From Chara braunii (Eukaryota > Plantae > Charophyceae): a stretch of DNA of 64,000 nt. Below are positions 1 through 12,900 of this stretch, in pieces. Within the stretch, counting starts at the first letter, position 1. Each line of letters starts with the position of its first letter. The notes beneath the pieces were generated by a model that had not been told where the DNA came from, made no database searches, and worked only from the letters and a program-made list of their open reading frames with translations. The stretch covers positions 1,104,463 through 1,168,462 of the forward strand of contig BFEA01000004.1 of the NCBI GenBank assembly GCA_003427395.1, in the 5' to 3' direction. The translations under genes and the position numbers were made by a program.

Positions 1-87
<87 letters not shown>
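1..87. repeat. (CT)n microsatellite
   Basis: Pure CT dinucleotide run at the start of the window. Confidence 0.99.
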
Positions 88-91
<4 letters not shown>

Positions 92-273
92 TGCATGTGT
101 GGAATCGGATGGTGGTGAAAGCAGGTAAGACAACATAGGTTGCCATCTGCTGCCCAAAGGACACAAGAAAGAGGCATACGAACAGGGACAAAAACTTCTG
201 AAAGGAGAGACATGAAAAATAAGTTCATGACTTTTTCCACAACCAAGAACCACTGACAAGAGGACCAAATTGC

Positions 274-658
274 TCAAGGTGATGACGACTCCTTGGCGGA
301 CTCTTCAAATGTCTCTCCCTCCGTCGTCATCATCATCCTCCTTCGCAGCCGCAGTTTCTTTACTCTTATACTGCTCCGCAACCTTTCTCAGGTTTGCCAA
401 GCTACCAAGTCCAAGCTGGTTGATGATCCCCGACAAGAGGTCTTGTAGCTTCATTGTCTGTGCAGCTCCACTGACGACGTAAGTGTTGACTCCTATGGAA
501 GCTTGCACTTTGGGATTAACAAAATGAGTGACATTTTCATCCTTGAAGATGTTCACTTCTTTGATCCCGGGAATGTTGTGGAGTGCGAGCCTCTTCAGAG
601 TGCTCTGCAACCTCTTATCATCTGTGCTTGTAGTCTTGTGTACAACCTTCTTCTTTTT
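274..658 (-). pseudogene. BTF3: Processed pseudogene of BTF3 / NAC beta subunit, 5'-truncated and frameshifted near the C-terminus
   Basis: Minus strand reads KKKKVVHKTTSTDDKRLQSTLKR...IPGIKEVNIFKD...FVNPKVQASI..NTYVVSG..QT.KLQDLL.GIINQLG, the typical BTF3/NAC domain, with no introns. After DDDDD the expected VPxLV segment is missing, and the native ending EGETFEESAKESSSP* lies in another frame (stop at 276-274). The N-terminal ~23 aa are absent. Confidence 0.9.
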
Positions 659-1099
659 CTTTTTTTAAAAGGCTAATTCTTTAAGCCCAACCAATTCAAT
701 TACCTGTAAAATCTGGACAGGACGGCCTTTCAGGCCTTTTTTATTGTCATTATAGTATAACGGGGAACCACATAGCAGCCACATCCGTGCTCAAGCCTCC
801 AACGAGGGAACATGCGGGAGCTGCACCCACCAGCAAGTGTGATACCTGCTACAGCAGGTGGGCGATACCGGCCAGGGGTCAACCGGTAGCATCAGGACCG
901 AGCTTCTTCGATGAGCCAGTCACTGTGCCTCCCCTCTGAGGCGTACAGCCTCAGTGTTCTTAGCAAGGCGCCATGTATCGATGCTTGCATGTCAGTATAT
1001 GTAGTAATAGTTCATGTGATGTGTTTTTCAATCAGGGATAGGAACTAGTTGCGGATTGTTAAGTGAGTGGTAGCTACAAGAGTAGGCATGTAAGGACGG

Positions 1100-1600
1100 G
1101 GGGTTGCATTGTTTGGGTTGATTCACTGTTTCAAATATTATGTATGTATGCCTGTGTATATTGTAATATCTTGTTTATTCACTATTTGTGTGTATTTAAG
1201 TATCTGTATGTATTTCAATATATATGTACGGACTGGGTGGTTATATCTATGTTTGATTCAGTATCTGTTTAATCCGGTGTTTGTGTTTAACTTGTGACCG
1301 TGCTTTATCTCAGTGCCTGTTGGTAATCAGTGCCTGTGACTAATTAGTGTATATGTACTGGCAAGGTGGGTATGTCTATAGACTCTATAATTAATTTTGT
1401 ATCTGTGTTTAACTTGTGTGTATGCTTAAACCTGTGTACAGGTACAGACAGGGTGTGTATGCCTGTGTTTGGCTGTCAGGGTGGGTATGTCTTGCTTAAT
1501 TCTGTATCTGTGTTTAACTCGTGTGTATACTTAAACCTGTGTACAGGTACAGACAGGATGTGTATGTCTGTCTTTGGCTCTGTGTCTGTTAGTATGTAAC
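1100..1600. repeat. TG/TA-rich degenerate tandem repeat
   Basis: The motif gtatctgtgtttaact..tgtgtat.cttaaacctgtgtacaggtacagacagg.tgtgtatg recurs at about 1399 and about 1504, with more degenerate copies upstream. Confidence 0.75.
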
Positions 1601-1950
1601 TATCGGGCTCCTGGACTCTAGCAGGCGGCCACAGTATGTTGGGCTGTAACAGTGAGTTTATCATAATCTAGCCTGGAACTGTGATCTAGTATGGACTTGA
1701 ACACGTTACTTTGCAGCCAATACTAGGCTGTTGGGAGGACCCATTTGGCAATATGAAAAAATGGGACTGGGTCAGTCTGCAGGGACAGAGGGGTGAACTT
1801 GTTTTTGGGTTGGTTTTGTGGTAGGCTAGTAGGCATGGGTCTTTCGGATACTGTGTATTTTCGTACGTACGATGTACGTGAATAAACATGAGTTTTTCTA
1901 TTCCCTTTTGCATATGTGTGAGTAGTGATCGATTTCTTGTGTCTTTCTCC

Positions 1951-1988
<38 letters not shown>

Positions 1989-2326
1989 CCGGTCAGGTCG
2001 AGCGGCAGTGGTCGGGGCCGTTACTAGGCGGCCATGCTGTGCCTCTAGTGCCAGCGGCGTGTCTGGAGTGTATTTTTTGGTTGTGACAGACCTTTCTTTG
2101 TTTCATGGATGTTTTNNNNNNNNNNNNNNNNNNNNNNNNNNNNNNNNNNNNNNNNNNNNNNNNNNNNNNNNNNNNNNNNNNNNNNNNNNNNNNNNNNNNN
2201 NNNNNNNNNNNNNNNNNNNNNNNNNNNNNNNNNNNNNNNNNNNNNNNNNNNNNNNTGAGTGATAGTCTACTTTGATTTTGGTTAAGGTAGATTATCATTT
2301 ACAGTGTAATCAGTGAGGGGATTCTG

Positions 2327-2384
2327 CAGACTGTTGAGGGTTCAGCCTCCTGACGAGTCGGTGAAACTCCGACGAAACTGTTTG
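2327..2384 (+). ncRNA. Type III hammerhead ribozyme motif (copy 1)
   Basis: CAGACU-GUU^-GAGG(guucag)CCUC-CUGACGA-GUCGG(ugaaacu)CCGAC-GAAAC-UGUUUG. The CUGANGA and GAAA boxes are intact, stems I and II are closed hairpins, and stem III is open. Stem III is extended by GAGGGGAT (2315-2322) pairing with ATCCCCTC (2389-2396). Confidence 0.88.
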
Positions 2385-2868
2385 TCACATCCCCTCGTTT
2401 GTTGTCTTCTTCTCTCTCTCTGCCTACGGTTTACCGGGTAGTTCTGTTTGTGACGATATATATATATATATATAGCCCTCTCTGCCTACGGTTTACCGGA
2501 CAACTATATATATATTTGCTTTGTTAATTTGGTAAAGAATTTCGTTGTTATTCGTCGACAAAAGTTATTCTGTTTACTTTTCTGCATAACATAGTTTTTT
2601 TTGGATTTTTTAGATTGTTTTTTTTTAAGTTTTGTGCTGGGACCTTCTCTGGTCCCTGCACAGGCTGGCCACCCGGAAACCGGGCAACCTGATTGGTAGC
2701 ATAGAATCAGGCCCTAGATGTGCATTCAATGTTTGTATTTTTTTTTTAATTTAATTTTCAGATTTTTCCCACATATTTATTTATGTTTTTAAAATTTTTC
2801 ACATGTTTTTTATTGTTTAATTTTTCGCACATCCTCGATTTGTTCCGAACCACTTTAAGTTTGAAAAA

Positions 2869-4790
2869 GCTGAATTAGCCTACAGTGGCTGAAGACCCTG
2901 AAATAGTTTCAATTGCTCTCATGTTTGCATCACACAACTAAATTAGCCTGAAGTGGTTGAAGACCATGAAAATGCCTTCAGCTGATTCCATGTTTGCATT
3001 ATACTCTAGTCTACAATAGCTGAATCAGCCCGAAGTGGTTGAACATCCTGAAACTTGTTTTAACTGCTCCCATTTATGCAGTGCACTCTAGTCAGAAGCT
3101 GCGGAATCAACCTGAAGTGGCTGAAGACCCTGAAACTGCTTTCAACTGCTCCCCTGTGTGGATCACACTATAGTTCGAAACCACTAAATAAGCCTAAAGT
3201 GATTGAAGACCCTGAAACTGTTTTCAGGTGTTCCCATGCATGACACTCTTGTACAAAACCACTGAATCGCCTTGAACTGGCCAAAGACCCTGAACCCATT
3301 TCCAGTTGCTCCAATCTATGCATCACACTCTGGTTTGAAACCACTAAATCGGCCTGAAGTGGTTGAAGACCCTGAAAAATCTTTCAGTAGCTCACATCTA
3401 TGTATCACACTTTAGTTTGAAAGTACTAAATCGGCCTGAAGTGGGCGAAAGTCCTGAAACCATTTTCAGCTGCTTCTAACCATGCATCACAACTTAATAT
3501 GAAACTACTGAAACTACTGAAACAACTTGAAGTGGCTGAAGGTTCTGAAAACGTTTTCAGCTGCTTCCATCTACGGATAGCACTCTAGTATGAAATTGTT
3601 GAATCGGGCTAAAATGGCTGAAGGTCCTGAAACCATTTTCAGTTGCTCCCAGAGTCTCAATCTACGTATCACACTGTAGCCTGAAATTATTGAATCAGCC
3701 TGAAGTGGCTGAATGTCCTGAAACCGTTTTCAGTTGCTCCCAATAATGCATCACACTTTATGATGAAACTGATGAACCGACCTAAAGTGGATGAAGACCA
3801 TGAAACCATTTTCAGTTGCTCTCATTTACTCATACCAATGTAGTATGAAATTGTTGAACCAGCCTGAAGTGCTTGAATGTTCTGAAAACGTTTTCAACTG
3901 TTGCTAACAATGCATCATACTCCACTGTGAAACTGATGAACAAGCCTGAAGTGGGTGAAGATCCTGAAACCATTTTCAGTTGCTCCTAACCATGCATCAC
4001 AGTTTACTACGAAACTACTGAAACTACTGAAACAGCCTAAAGTGGTTGAAGGTTCTGAAAACGTTTTCAACTGCTTCCATCTACTGAAACAGCCTGAAAT
4101 ATGAAAATGCTTTCAGAACCTTCAGAAACCTTCAGGCCTTAAACACTCTGAAACCGGTTTCAAAGGTTCCCATTTATGCAATCTGAAATCGCTGAACCAG
4201 GTTGAAGTGACTGAACACTCTGAAACCGGTTTCAGAGCCTCCCATCTATGTAATCTGAAATCGTTGAAGGAGGTTGAAATGGCTGAACAGTCTGAAACCG
4301 GTTTCAGAGACTCCCATCTATGCAATCTGAATCGTTGAACCAGCCTGAAGTGGCTGAAGAGTCCGAAACGGGTTTCAGAGGTTCCCATTTATGCAATCTG
4401 AAATCGCTCAACCAGGCTGAAGTGACTGAATATTCTGAAACCGGTTTCAAAGCCTTTCATCTATGCAATCCGAAATCGTTGAAGGAGTTTGAAGTGGCTA
4501 AGCAGTCTTAAACCGGTTTCAGAGGCTCCCATCTATGCAATCTGAATCGCTGAACCAGCCTGAAGTGGCTGAACAATCTGAAACCGGTTTCAGAGGTTCC
4601 CATTTATGCAATCTGAAATCGCTGAATTAGGCTGAAGTGACTGAACACTCTGAAACCGGTTTTAGAGTTTCCCATCTATGCAATTTGAAATCGTTGAAGG
4701 AGGTTGAAGTGGTTGGACAGTCTGAAACCGGTTTCAGAGTCTCCCATCTATGCAATCAGAATCGCTAAACCAGCTTGAAGTGGTTAAACA
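2869..4790. repeat. Tandem satellite: ~82-bp degenerate monomers, then 72/72/71-bp monomers forming a 215-bp higher-order repeat
   Basis: The motif cctgaagtggctgaa...ctgaaacc.ttttcag..gctccca recurs throughout. In 4141-4790 tgaaaccggtttca starts at 4149, 4221, 4293 and about 4364, and the variant gaaggag recurs at 4266, 4481 and 4696. Confidence 0.95.
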
Positions 4791-7700
4791 AAGTGGTTGT
4801 GGAACTATAGGGAGTTGGGAGATAGGCTTAGGTAGCATACTATGGGGAGTTGAAAAAGGACATGAAAATATTACGAGTTGTTAACCTTCTCTCAGCAAGC
4901 GGCGACATCCATTCTAACGAGCAAGTTTCCAGCTTCACGGCTGGGCTCATGCTGCTTCCCACCGGTCGCATCCGCAGTGCACCATCCTACAGGTAAGTCT
5001 TCAATCTCCCTGTTGCTCTGTGACTGTTTTCGACTGATCGCTTTACTATCCCATGCAGTTCATCCGACCTTCAATCTCAAGTGCGTGCCTCAGTTGGTTC
5101 TTCCATCTCTCGTTTTTCCTCATGCTATCTCATTCTCCCTTTCCTTCTATGTCGCTAAATTGATGTCGATTCCTTTCTACCACTCATTAGGAATACAGAT
5201 GAAACGGGGAGGGATCTACCCATCAAACATGGCCAGGTGCATTCCCTCAATGGCCATGACCATTATGAGGGACGAGACTAGGTTTGAAATGACAAGCTGC
5301 ACCTGAGCAGGGGCGATCCGAACGATGATCAACATGGAATCAGCGCTCAACTTGGCATCGTAGCCCGACTTTTGGTTCATCCACAATCGCTGGCTCTGCC
5401 TCTAAAGTCAGTTCTAACGGCACAATACGGGCGAACCCTGTCTTTCGCTTTCCCTGTATACGAACCTTCGCAAGTGCGCCTGCTGCCCCTGACCCAACGA
5501 TTGGTACCAAGCCAATAACTTGAAGTAAATCCTCCCCTAAAACACAAGAAGGTACATCGGCTCTCCGACCACGCACTTAGAGAGATAGAGATAGACTTTC
5601 GTCGATGTGAGCGATATCGGGGTGAATTTTTCTGCCAAAGTTCGTAAATGTATTCCCCTATCCCGTAGAGCGTGTAGATAGAGGGAGGTCACTTTCGACG
5701 ATTTTATGAATTAATTCAAAGTGAATCTCTCGCTAAAAAGTGGACAGGTACATCTATCACCCTCGCTGGTCTCCTACTACCTTTTCCGTAGCTCCTAATC
5801 AGTAAGGTGGGAAAACTGATCTTTAACTTCCCAACCTAACATCTCTATTCGATTCGCCATGCCCACAAACCTTTATTCCTCCCCTTCTCTCGCTTGATTT
5901 CACTACGAGACGAGCGAGATACTCGATTCTTTCTTCCTGCCGCACTCGTTTCTCTACACCTTCATGCAACTTGTTTTCTCTACCACTCTCACTCTGCTAA
6001 CTCTCTTACTAATCTGACTCCACTACCTAGCTCACAGTCATCAAAAACCTCTACCTACTATCCTGATTCAGTCGGTCCCATCGGGAGTCGAGCGAGTCAA
6101 CCAGTTTTCGCTCCGCCATGGCAGTTGGTCCGACACTTCCACGTAGCTTCCTTCACTAACCTCCCTATCCACTGACTTTCTCCCTAATTTGACTTCAGAT
6201 CCGGGATCGCCCGCCCCGAAAACCCCCGGATCGACTCCTCCTTCATCCAATTCGATTCATTGTTGATTAAGCCATGCATTCTTCCTTTTTTTCTTTCCAT
6301 CCCCTCCACAGCTCCGCGCGGCCACATTCACTCACACCAACTAACTTACTAACCTACTTCAAAATCTAAGCCCGCCATCCATCTCGCCCTACTCCAATAC
6401 CCTTACTTACTTCCCTCGCTCAGTTTCATCAAGAATTGATCGAGGTACACATTCCCCTTTTTTTCCTGCCATAGCTCGTTCTTACCTCACCTCGTCATTC
6501 CCTCACTGCTTGTCCTCCGAACGCGCCCGATGCGATTTTTGCGCCCAGATTCAACCTTCCTCCCTGCTGTCGGTCGTGTTCTGCCTCGTTTCTTCATTGA
6601 CCCGTCTCCTCGTTCGTGCTACACTGCACTAACAAAAACACCGTGACGACGTCGAGTGATATAGGTTGCGAGAGGGTGGTTGGCGAAGTCGGAGTCCGCT
6701 AGGAGTGTGGAGCAAGTCTGCGGAACCAGGCAGCCCCGAAAATAACTGGAGCTGAGGCGCGCGACCTATGCTCATCCGCCGTGGTGATTTTGAAGCTGCG
6801 ACGAGTAGCAGGGCGCTGGACCGGCTGCGATGCCCGTGACTCGTCATTAACTCCCGTTATCCTGAGGGAAACTTTGGAGGGACCAACTCCTAAACGACTC
6901 AATATCCATGCCCGACAAACTACTTACAACCTACAGTCGTTGTGGGCCTCTGCCGAAATTCCACTGGCCACGTCCAGTCGACCAAGCCTCGCTACGGCCC
7001 TGGCCCATCGTTAGAACCGACGACAAAAACCGACGGGGATAGCCCCGCCAAGCCCTCAACCCCTCAACCCCTCGATCCCCTTCAAGCACTCCATCACTCC
7101 TTCGTCTTCGCCTGCCGGTCTCGATCCCCATATCTCCGCAATAACAGCTAAATGTCGTAACCAATAGGGCTAGGCCTAAGTCTGAGACAAGGTGGCACGA
7201 GATGCCATATAAAGCGATAGTGCGTGGTGCGCAGGGCCATAAAAACGCCTTGGGCCACACCTCAACCTATATCTGAACCCACGACCACTTGATGTTCGTG
7301 CTAACTAGCTCAATCTTTGTCGTGGCCACAACGCAAGTCGTACTACACACGAAAACCCACCGTCAACACTCCATCTTCTATCGACGTTGAAAATCTACGA
7401 AGAGATGATTGTCTGTTGAAAAACCATTCGCGTGTGGCTCGCCAAAGTTGGAAAATTTGGTCATGTAGATCTTGTATTTTGCCTAAATTTATCGGTTACT
7501 ATGCACAAGTTTATAATGGAAAATATTTTGTTGGTTTACAGATTACTGAAGATATGGATGGTCATAAATTTTGAGAATTTGCTTCTACACGTAAAACTTT
7601 GAAAACAAAAAGGAAACAAAAAAAAACAAACAAATAATGGCACAAAACAATGAGAAAAGTCGAATTGTACACGTTCAACGAGCAGGTTACGTCACTTTAC

Positions 7701-9863
7701 TCGTTGATATGCAGAAAGTGATTCACCGCCTGGCAGCTTTAGGTTTTTGTGACAAATCGGAGAACCCTAAACCCAACTTCTTTTATTTCCAAGATCTGCA
7801 GAGAAACTCTGTGTCACATATCTCCGGACTTGAGGTAATAAACGAGCTCAAAACGGTGAAGGCATAAATTACAAGGTCAAGTTAATGTCGTGGTAAAAAC
7901 CTATTATGAAGTCAAACGTGCTTACTTCTTTTATATCAATATTGAATTAAGTCGTTTGGCAGATACTTTGCGCATAAGAACTCAAAAAGTTTCTTCGAAT
8001 TATCTTGCCATATATTCTTGTTCAAAGTATGTTAAGAAAAACGATGTTGCTTTACAAAGATGCTAAGTTTCAACAACGCTGGATCTCTGAGATGAAATTA
8101 TTGAATCCTAAAAGCTATGGACAATGATTTTTGATAAGTTTTGTTTCTAGTTTACCAAGAAAGGGCGTAATTGCAAAGTATACTCACCCAATTGGGACCA
8201 ACTCGATGGGGACCGCAGCATGTTGGAAAAGAGAGGAAAAGGCTCGCGAGCTATTCGGTCTAGGGTGAAGTTCATGGATCCCACCGAAACAAACATAACA
8301 CAAACAACCTGAAACATGTCGTTGCATCTGCGGCCAAACCTCACATGTGCGCGTACGTGTCATGGTCAAGCATGCCAAATAAAAGACTAGATCTTTTTAA
8401 TCCTACAACCACGCCGGATTCACGATCATCAAACAGAAAGAGGGATCACGAACGCCTTAAGTCCGCGCTCCCACACACCCTCTAATCTAGTCAGCCATTC
8501 AGTCAACGTTGACCACAGACGCAACCGCGCCTCACGCGGCACACTCAACTTTAGACTTGTAGCTTGCAAAAACCAGGGCGGATACCCTTGTAAGGGTATT
8601 TACACCAACAGCATGGCGCGACACCACCTTTTTGCACGAACCCTTATTTTCCAGTCTGCAAACTTGTTGGGTGAGAGGAGTATCTTACCGAACGCTGAGG
8701 GACAGAAAAATTGTCTGGTCATTATCCATACAGACCTTCTCAGCGGGCAGGTGCACTATCTGGATCTGACCTTCTAATACTTTTATACCCTGGTCTTATT
8801 TACCGCTACCTCCTCAACTGGCAGGAGCATGAACTGCATCTGACCTTCGACATTGCCTACATACGTTAAGAGCACGCGCATAATGTTTTAGAAATTGGTG
8901 TCTGGTTTTATTCCCTCTTGTTATGTGATACAATTACCTCCCTCACACACTTTCGAATTTTGATGCATCCTGACTTTGACTTTGGCTTCTCACGGGAATG
9001 GAAGTGTGTGCGTTTTTTGTTATGGTCAATGAAGATCAGGCCAGTGTTCTGGTTGCTTGTTTTCTCCCATGGTCGCGCATGATCAAGAGAGCAAGAGGGG
9101 GGCTGGGAAAGGGGAGGAGAGAAGAAGAGGGAGAGGGATGAAGGGGGAAAGAGGGAGAAGAAGAGGGAGAGAGAGAGAGAGAGAGCAGATGTTCTCAATC
9201 TCTCCGTCAACTGACAACAGTGCCCTGACTCTTTGGTTTAGCCCCACCAGCTAGTTGGCATTGGTCTCAAACCGTCTGAAAAGCGGCCTCAAATGGCACC
9301 AAACGAAGAAAGCAGATTCCCGCCCATTGCACCATCTCGCCTTGCTTACCCTGTCCAATGTCCCCTTCCATCGCTTAGACCACCAGTACCGTTCCCAACT
9401 ATTTTTTAGGCACGCAGCTCATTAACGGCCGCCGTTGATAAATTTCATCGGTGGTTGTTTCTGTTGTTGTGTTTCGGGCTTCTTAAAGTAGCGGTGAGAG
9501 ACTCTCGTCCGTTGTGTGGGCGAGGTGATGGTGGTTTAAATACAATACATACTATGTACTATGTCCCTGCTCCAAGTCCCCTCCCCCACTCCCTATGTTC
9601 TCTTACCTCCAACATGGGATGGATATGACGAAATCCTCCTTCTCCTCCGTCTACTGCTTTTTCATGCTTCCCTCCCCTCCACAAACAAGAGAGAGAAAAT
9701 AAAAACCGACAACAAAATTTTTTGAATGACGTAGAGGAGAGGAGGGAGGGAGGGTGGAAGTGCTCGGGCTGCTTGGCTGACGAACGAATTCAACAGCCAT
9801 AGTGGGCCCAACACTTCCCTCTCTTTCCTCCCTGTTCTCCTCCACATCATTTTTTCCACCCCT

Positions 9864-9957
9864 CCTATGTCTTTTGAACAAATTATATACGTGCGCTTGA
9901 TTTGGGGGGGGGGGAGATGATGAAGCGCACGTATATAATTTGTTCAAAAGACATAGG
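9864..9957. repeat. Perfect 35-bp inverted repeat with a G-rich spacer
   Basis: cctatgtcttttgaacaaattatatacgtgcgctt (9864-9898) is the exact reverse complement of 9923-9957. Confidence 0.92.
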
Positions 9958-9959
9958 GA

Positions 9960-12900
9960 AAAAAACAAAGACACTTATTCAACGAGGGAAAAAAAAAACA
10001 AAAAGTTAATTGACTCATTAAACGACCGGATTTCATCACAACAGACGAATAGGGAAAAAACCTTGTTAAGCGAAGCTCGGGAGATGAATGCACTCATCTT
10101 GAAAAAACACTTAATAGAACTCCTTAGAACACTCCATCCTGAAAAGAAAAGACTCACCTTAAGGAAAAGAAACAAATCACAACACATAACAAGCTTAACA
10201 ATAGACTATTTCTTAATTTCCTAGTCTCTTATAAAGGAATAGGCAAACTTCATTACAACAATGGTCTATACCATATCCCAATCTTCACTAATCTACTCGT
10301 CGACCCCGGAGTACAAAAAGGTCCTAGCTTCCTCAAGATAAATAACTTCATTCTAGACATCCCACAAATGAAAGAAGCAATAATTATCGCGTGCCTATAA
10401 TCGAGAAAAGAAGGAGTGGATTTCCCGAGCATAGTAGTCAATTTATCCAAAGCAGCGTCCATAGCGTCCAGGAAACTAGGAGCCAAAAGAAACCAGCGCA
10501 TACAAGAACTAGAAGCAACAGTCAAAATAGCCGAAAGGAACCTCATTAGTAACCCTGACCAGACTCTATATGAGGACTCTCTAACTAAAGTAAGAACATA
10601 AATGGGCCTATGAAATTCATGGAAAGCAAAGAGAATGAGATTATAACAAAAATCAATGAGCGGGAAAAAGGAGAAAGGATGACCAAGTTTTTCTTCCAAA
10701 AAAATAGAGCAAGAGGGAGAAACTCTGCCATTCATCAACTTAGAGGAGAAGAGGGGTACTTAAGATCCAAAGAAGATGCTCTTAATAACAGAATCCTTTT
10801 ACAAAAACCTTTACACCTAAAAAACAGAACAACCTACTCTACGATCGGTGATACGAGTAAGAGAAAATAAATTTAAACACCTGGTTAAAAAAGTTCCCAC
10901 GACACTAGAAAAAGAACTAAATGCACCCATTACGAACGATGAAATTAAAAAAGCCTTGAACCCAATGAAAGTTGGAAAGACCCCTGGTCAAGATGGACTG
11001 TCCCAATAATTTAGGTAAAGGTATTGAGAACTCTTAGGGGAGGAGTACTGTAAGTTTGTAAGAAATGCACGGGCCTCCGATGGTTGAGGAAAATATCTCA
11101 GTACTGGAAAAGTCGCCCTACTATACAAGAAAGGAGACCCCACACACATAAAAAACTACCGACCCATTACACTACTAATAGTAGCATATAAGATCCTAGC
11201 CAAACTAGTAACAAACATAATTAGGAAGGTCACCAAAAATTGCCTTCATATAGAGCAAACATACTTCATTCCGGACAGATTTATATTAGATAATGTAATG
11301 ACCTTAACTGAATAAGTAAGATATATTAAAGACAAAAGATTGAATGCAACAATCCTCTTATTTGACTTTTATAAAGCCTACAATCAGGTTAACTGGGAAT
11401 TCTTCCTGCAATGTATGGAAAAGATGAGAGTGGGTCAAAACATTATAAAATGGGTTGGAATCCTGTACAACGATGCACACAGAGTAGTTCAAGCCAATGG
11501 TCACATATCTAATCTCTACAAGATGTCTAGGTCCGTAAGAGAAGGTGACCCACTAGCAACTTCTATATTTTGATAGCCTCTTTTATCAGGAAAGACTCGT
11601 ACATACAAAGACTCACACATCCGTCAGAAGACCCCCACATACCACACCACATACCACCCATAATCATTTTCAGAAATGACTTGACTTTACTATAAAAACA
11701 TTCACCTCATTTTTCGACGTCCTCACTGAAGCAATGAATGGATACCAATTGGTTTTCGAAATGCGAATCAACTGGTAGAAAAATATACGATGGTGGTTAA
11801 CGGATGAAAGCATAAACGTTCCTCAAAACACTCAAGACGGGATGACTTGGTCAGACACAAAAGACCCCTTGAGAATCCGAGGGATCCAAATGACAGAATA
11901 TGGATCAAAGTCGAAAATGTCCCCTAGCCTCTTAGTCAAGATGACAAACAAATTAAATAGCTGGACCAAAATATATACCTCTTTATATGGAAAAACCTAA
12001 TACTAAACTCATCAATTTTCGTCATGATGTGGTATGTGGCAGCCTTTTGGGCACCGGACCACTTGACATTGATGAACCTAAGAAGAAAAGTCGCAACCTA
12101 TATGTGGACATGAGATGCAGCTAAACAACATTTCATAACCAAGGTTGCTTGGCAGTACGTTAGGAGAAAAAAATGTAAAGGAGGGTTGGGAGTCCTTGAC
12201 CCTACAACCCAAATAAAAGTCTCAAACCAACATGGAAGGTTCATTCTGGGTAATGAGCAAATCATGGTCAATAAAAAGGGGGCACCACAACAAAATACAC
12301 TCAAGAAATGAGTCAAGGTTAGGGTTTTGGAAATAAATCCTTCGTGTTTGGAAAAAACTTTTCCCAGCTAAGGTCAGAAAACCATGCAACAAGGAGGAGG
12401 TACTAAAACAACCCGTATTTTGTAATCAATGGATAACAAAAAAAAACGGAGGCGCATTCACACTGACCTCAAACGACACAAAATGGGGGGTATGGCGAGA
12501 AACAGGAATATAGTAGATCAAATACATTTGGGATGACAACAAGAAAAAATGAAAACAAGGTAACCAACTCAAACAATAACTCAAGGGTTGCCATCGACTA
12601 AACCAAAACCTACGGGAAGTCGTAGCATCCATCCCACAAGAATGAGTCTCGATACTAAAAAAAATGAGACAATGGAACACATGGGATTGGACAATCTTAT
12701 TAAATGAGCCCCAACTGAAACACACCTTGACATATTGAGACAGAGAAAATGACAAACAAAACTGATGCATATTTACTATGCACGAAATAGAGGAACCAAA
12801 TTCTGATCACTGTAAGATCCACAAAAACCAAACAACACAAGTTTCAGTTTGGGAATATAACCTAAGGAAGATAAGAGTAATAGAAAACAAACCGTTAACC

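Noticed and set aside
2869-4790. Satellite as a CRISPR array or a repeat-protein CDS
   Set aside because: Sequences between the palindromes are homologous to each other rather than unique spacers. The 71- and 82-bp units break the frame and stops are frequent.
7320-8350. hAT transposase relic (PTRWG resembling TRWN)
   Set aside because: Only one weak motif; I could not find other catalytic motifs or termini.
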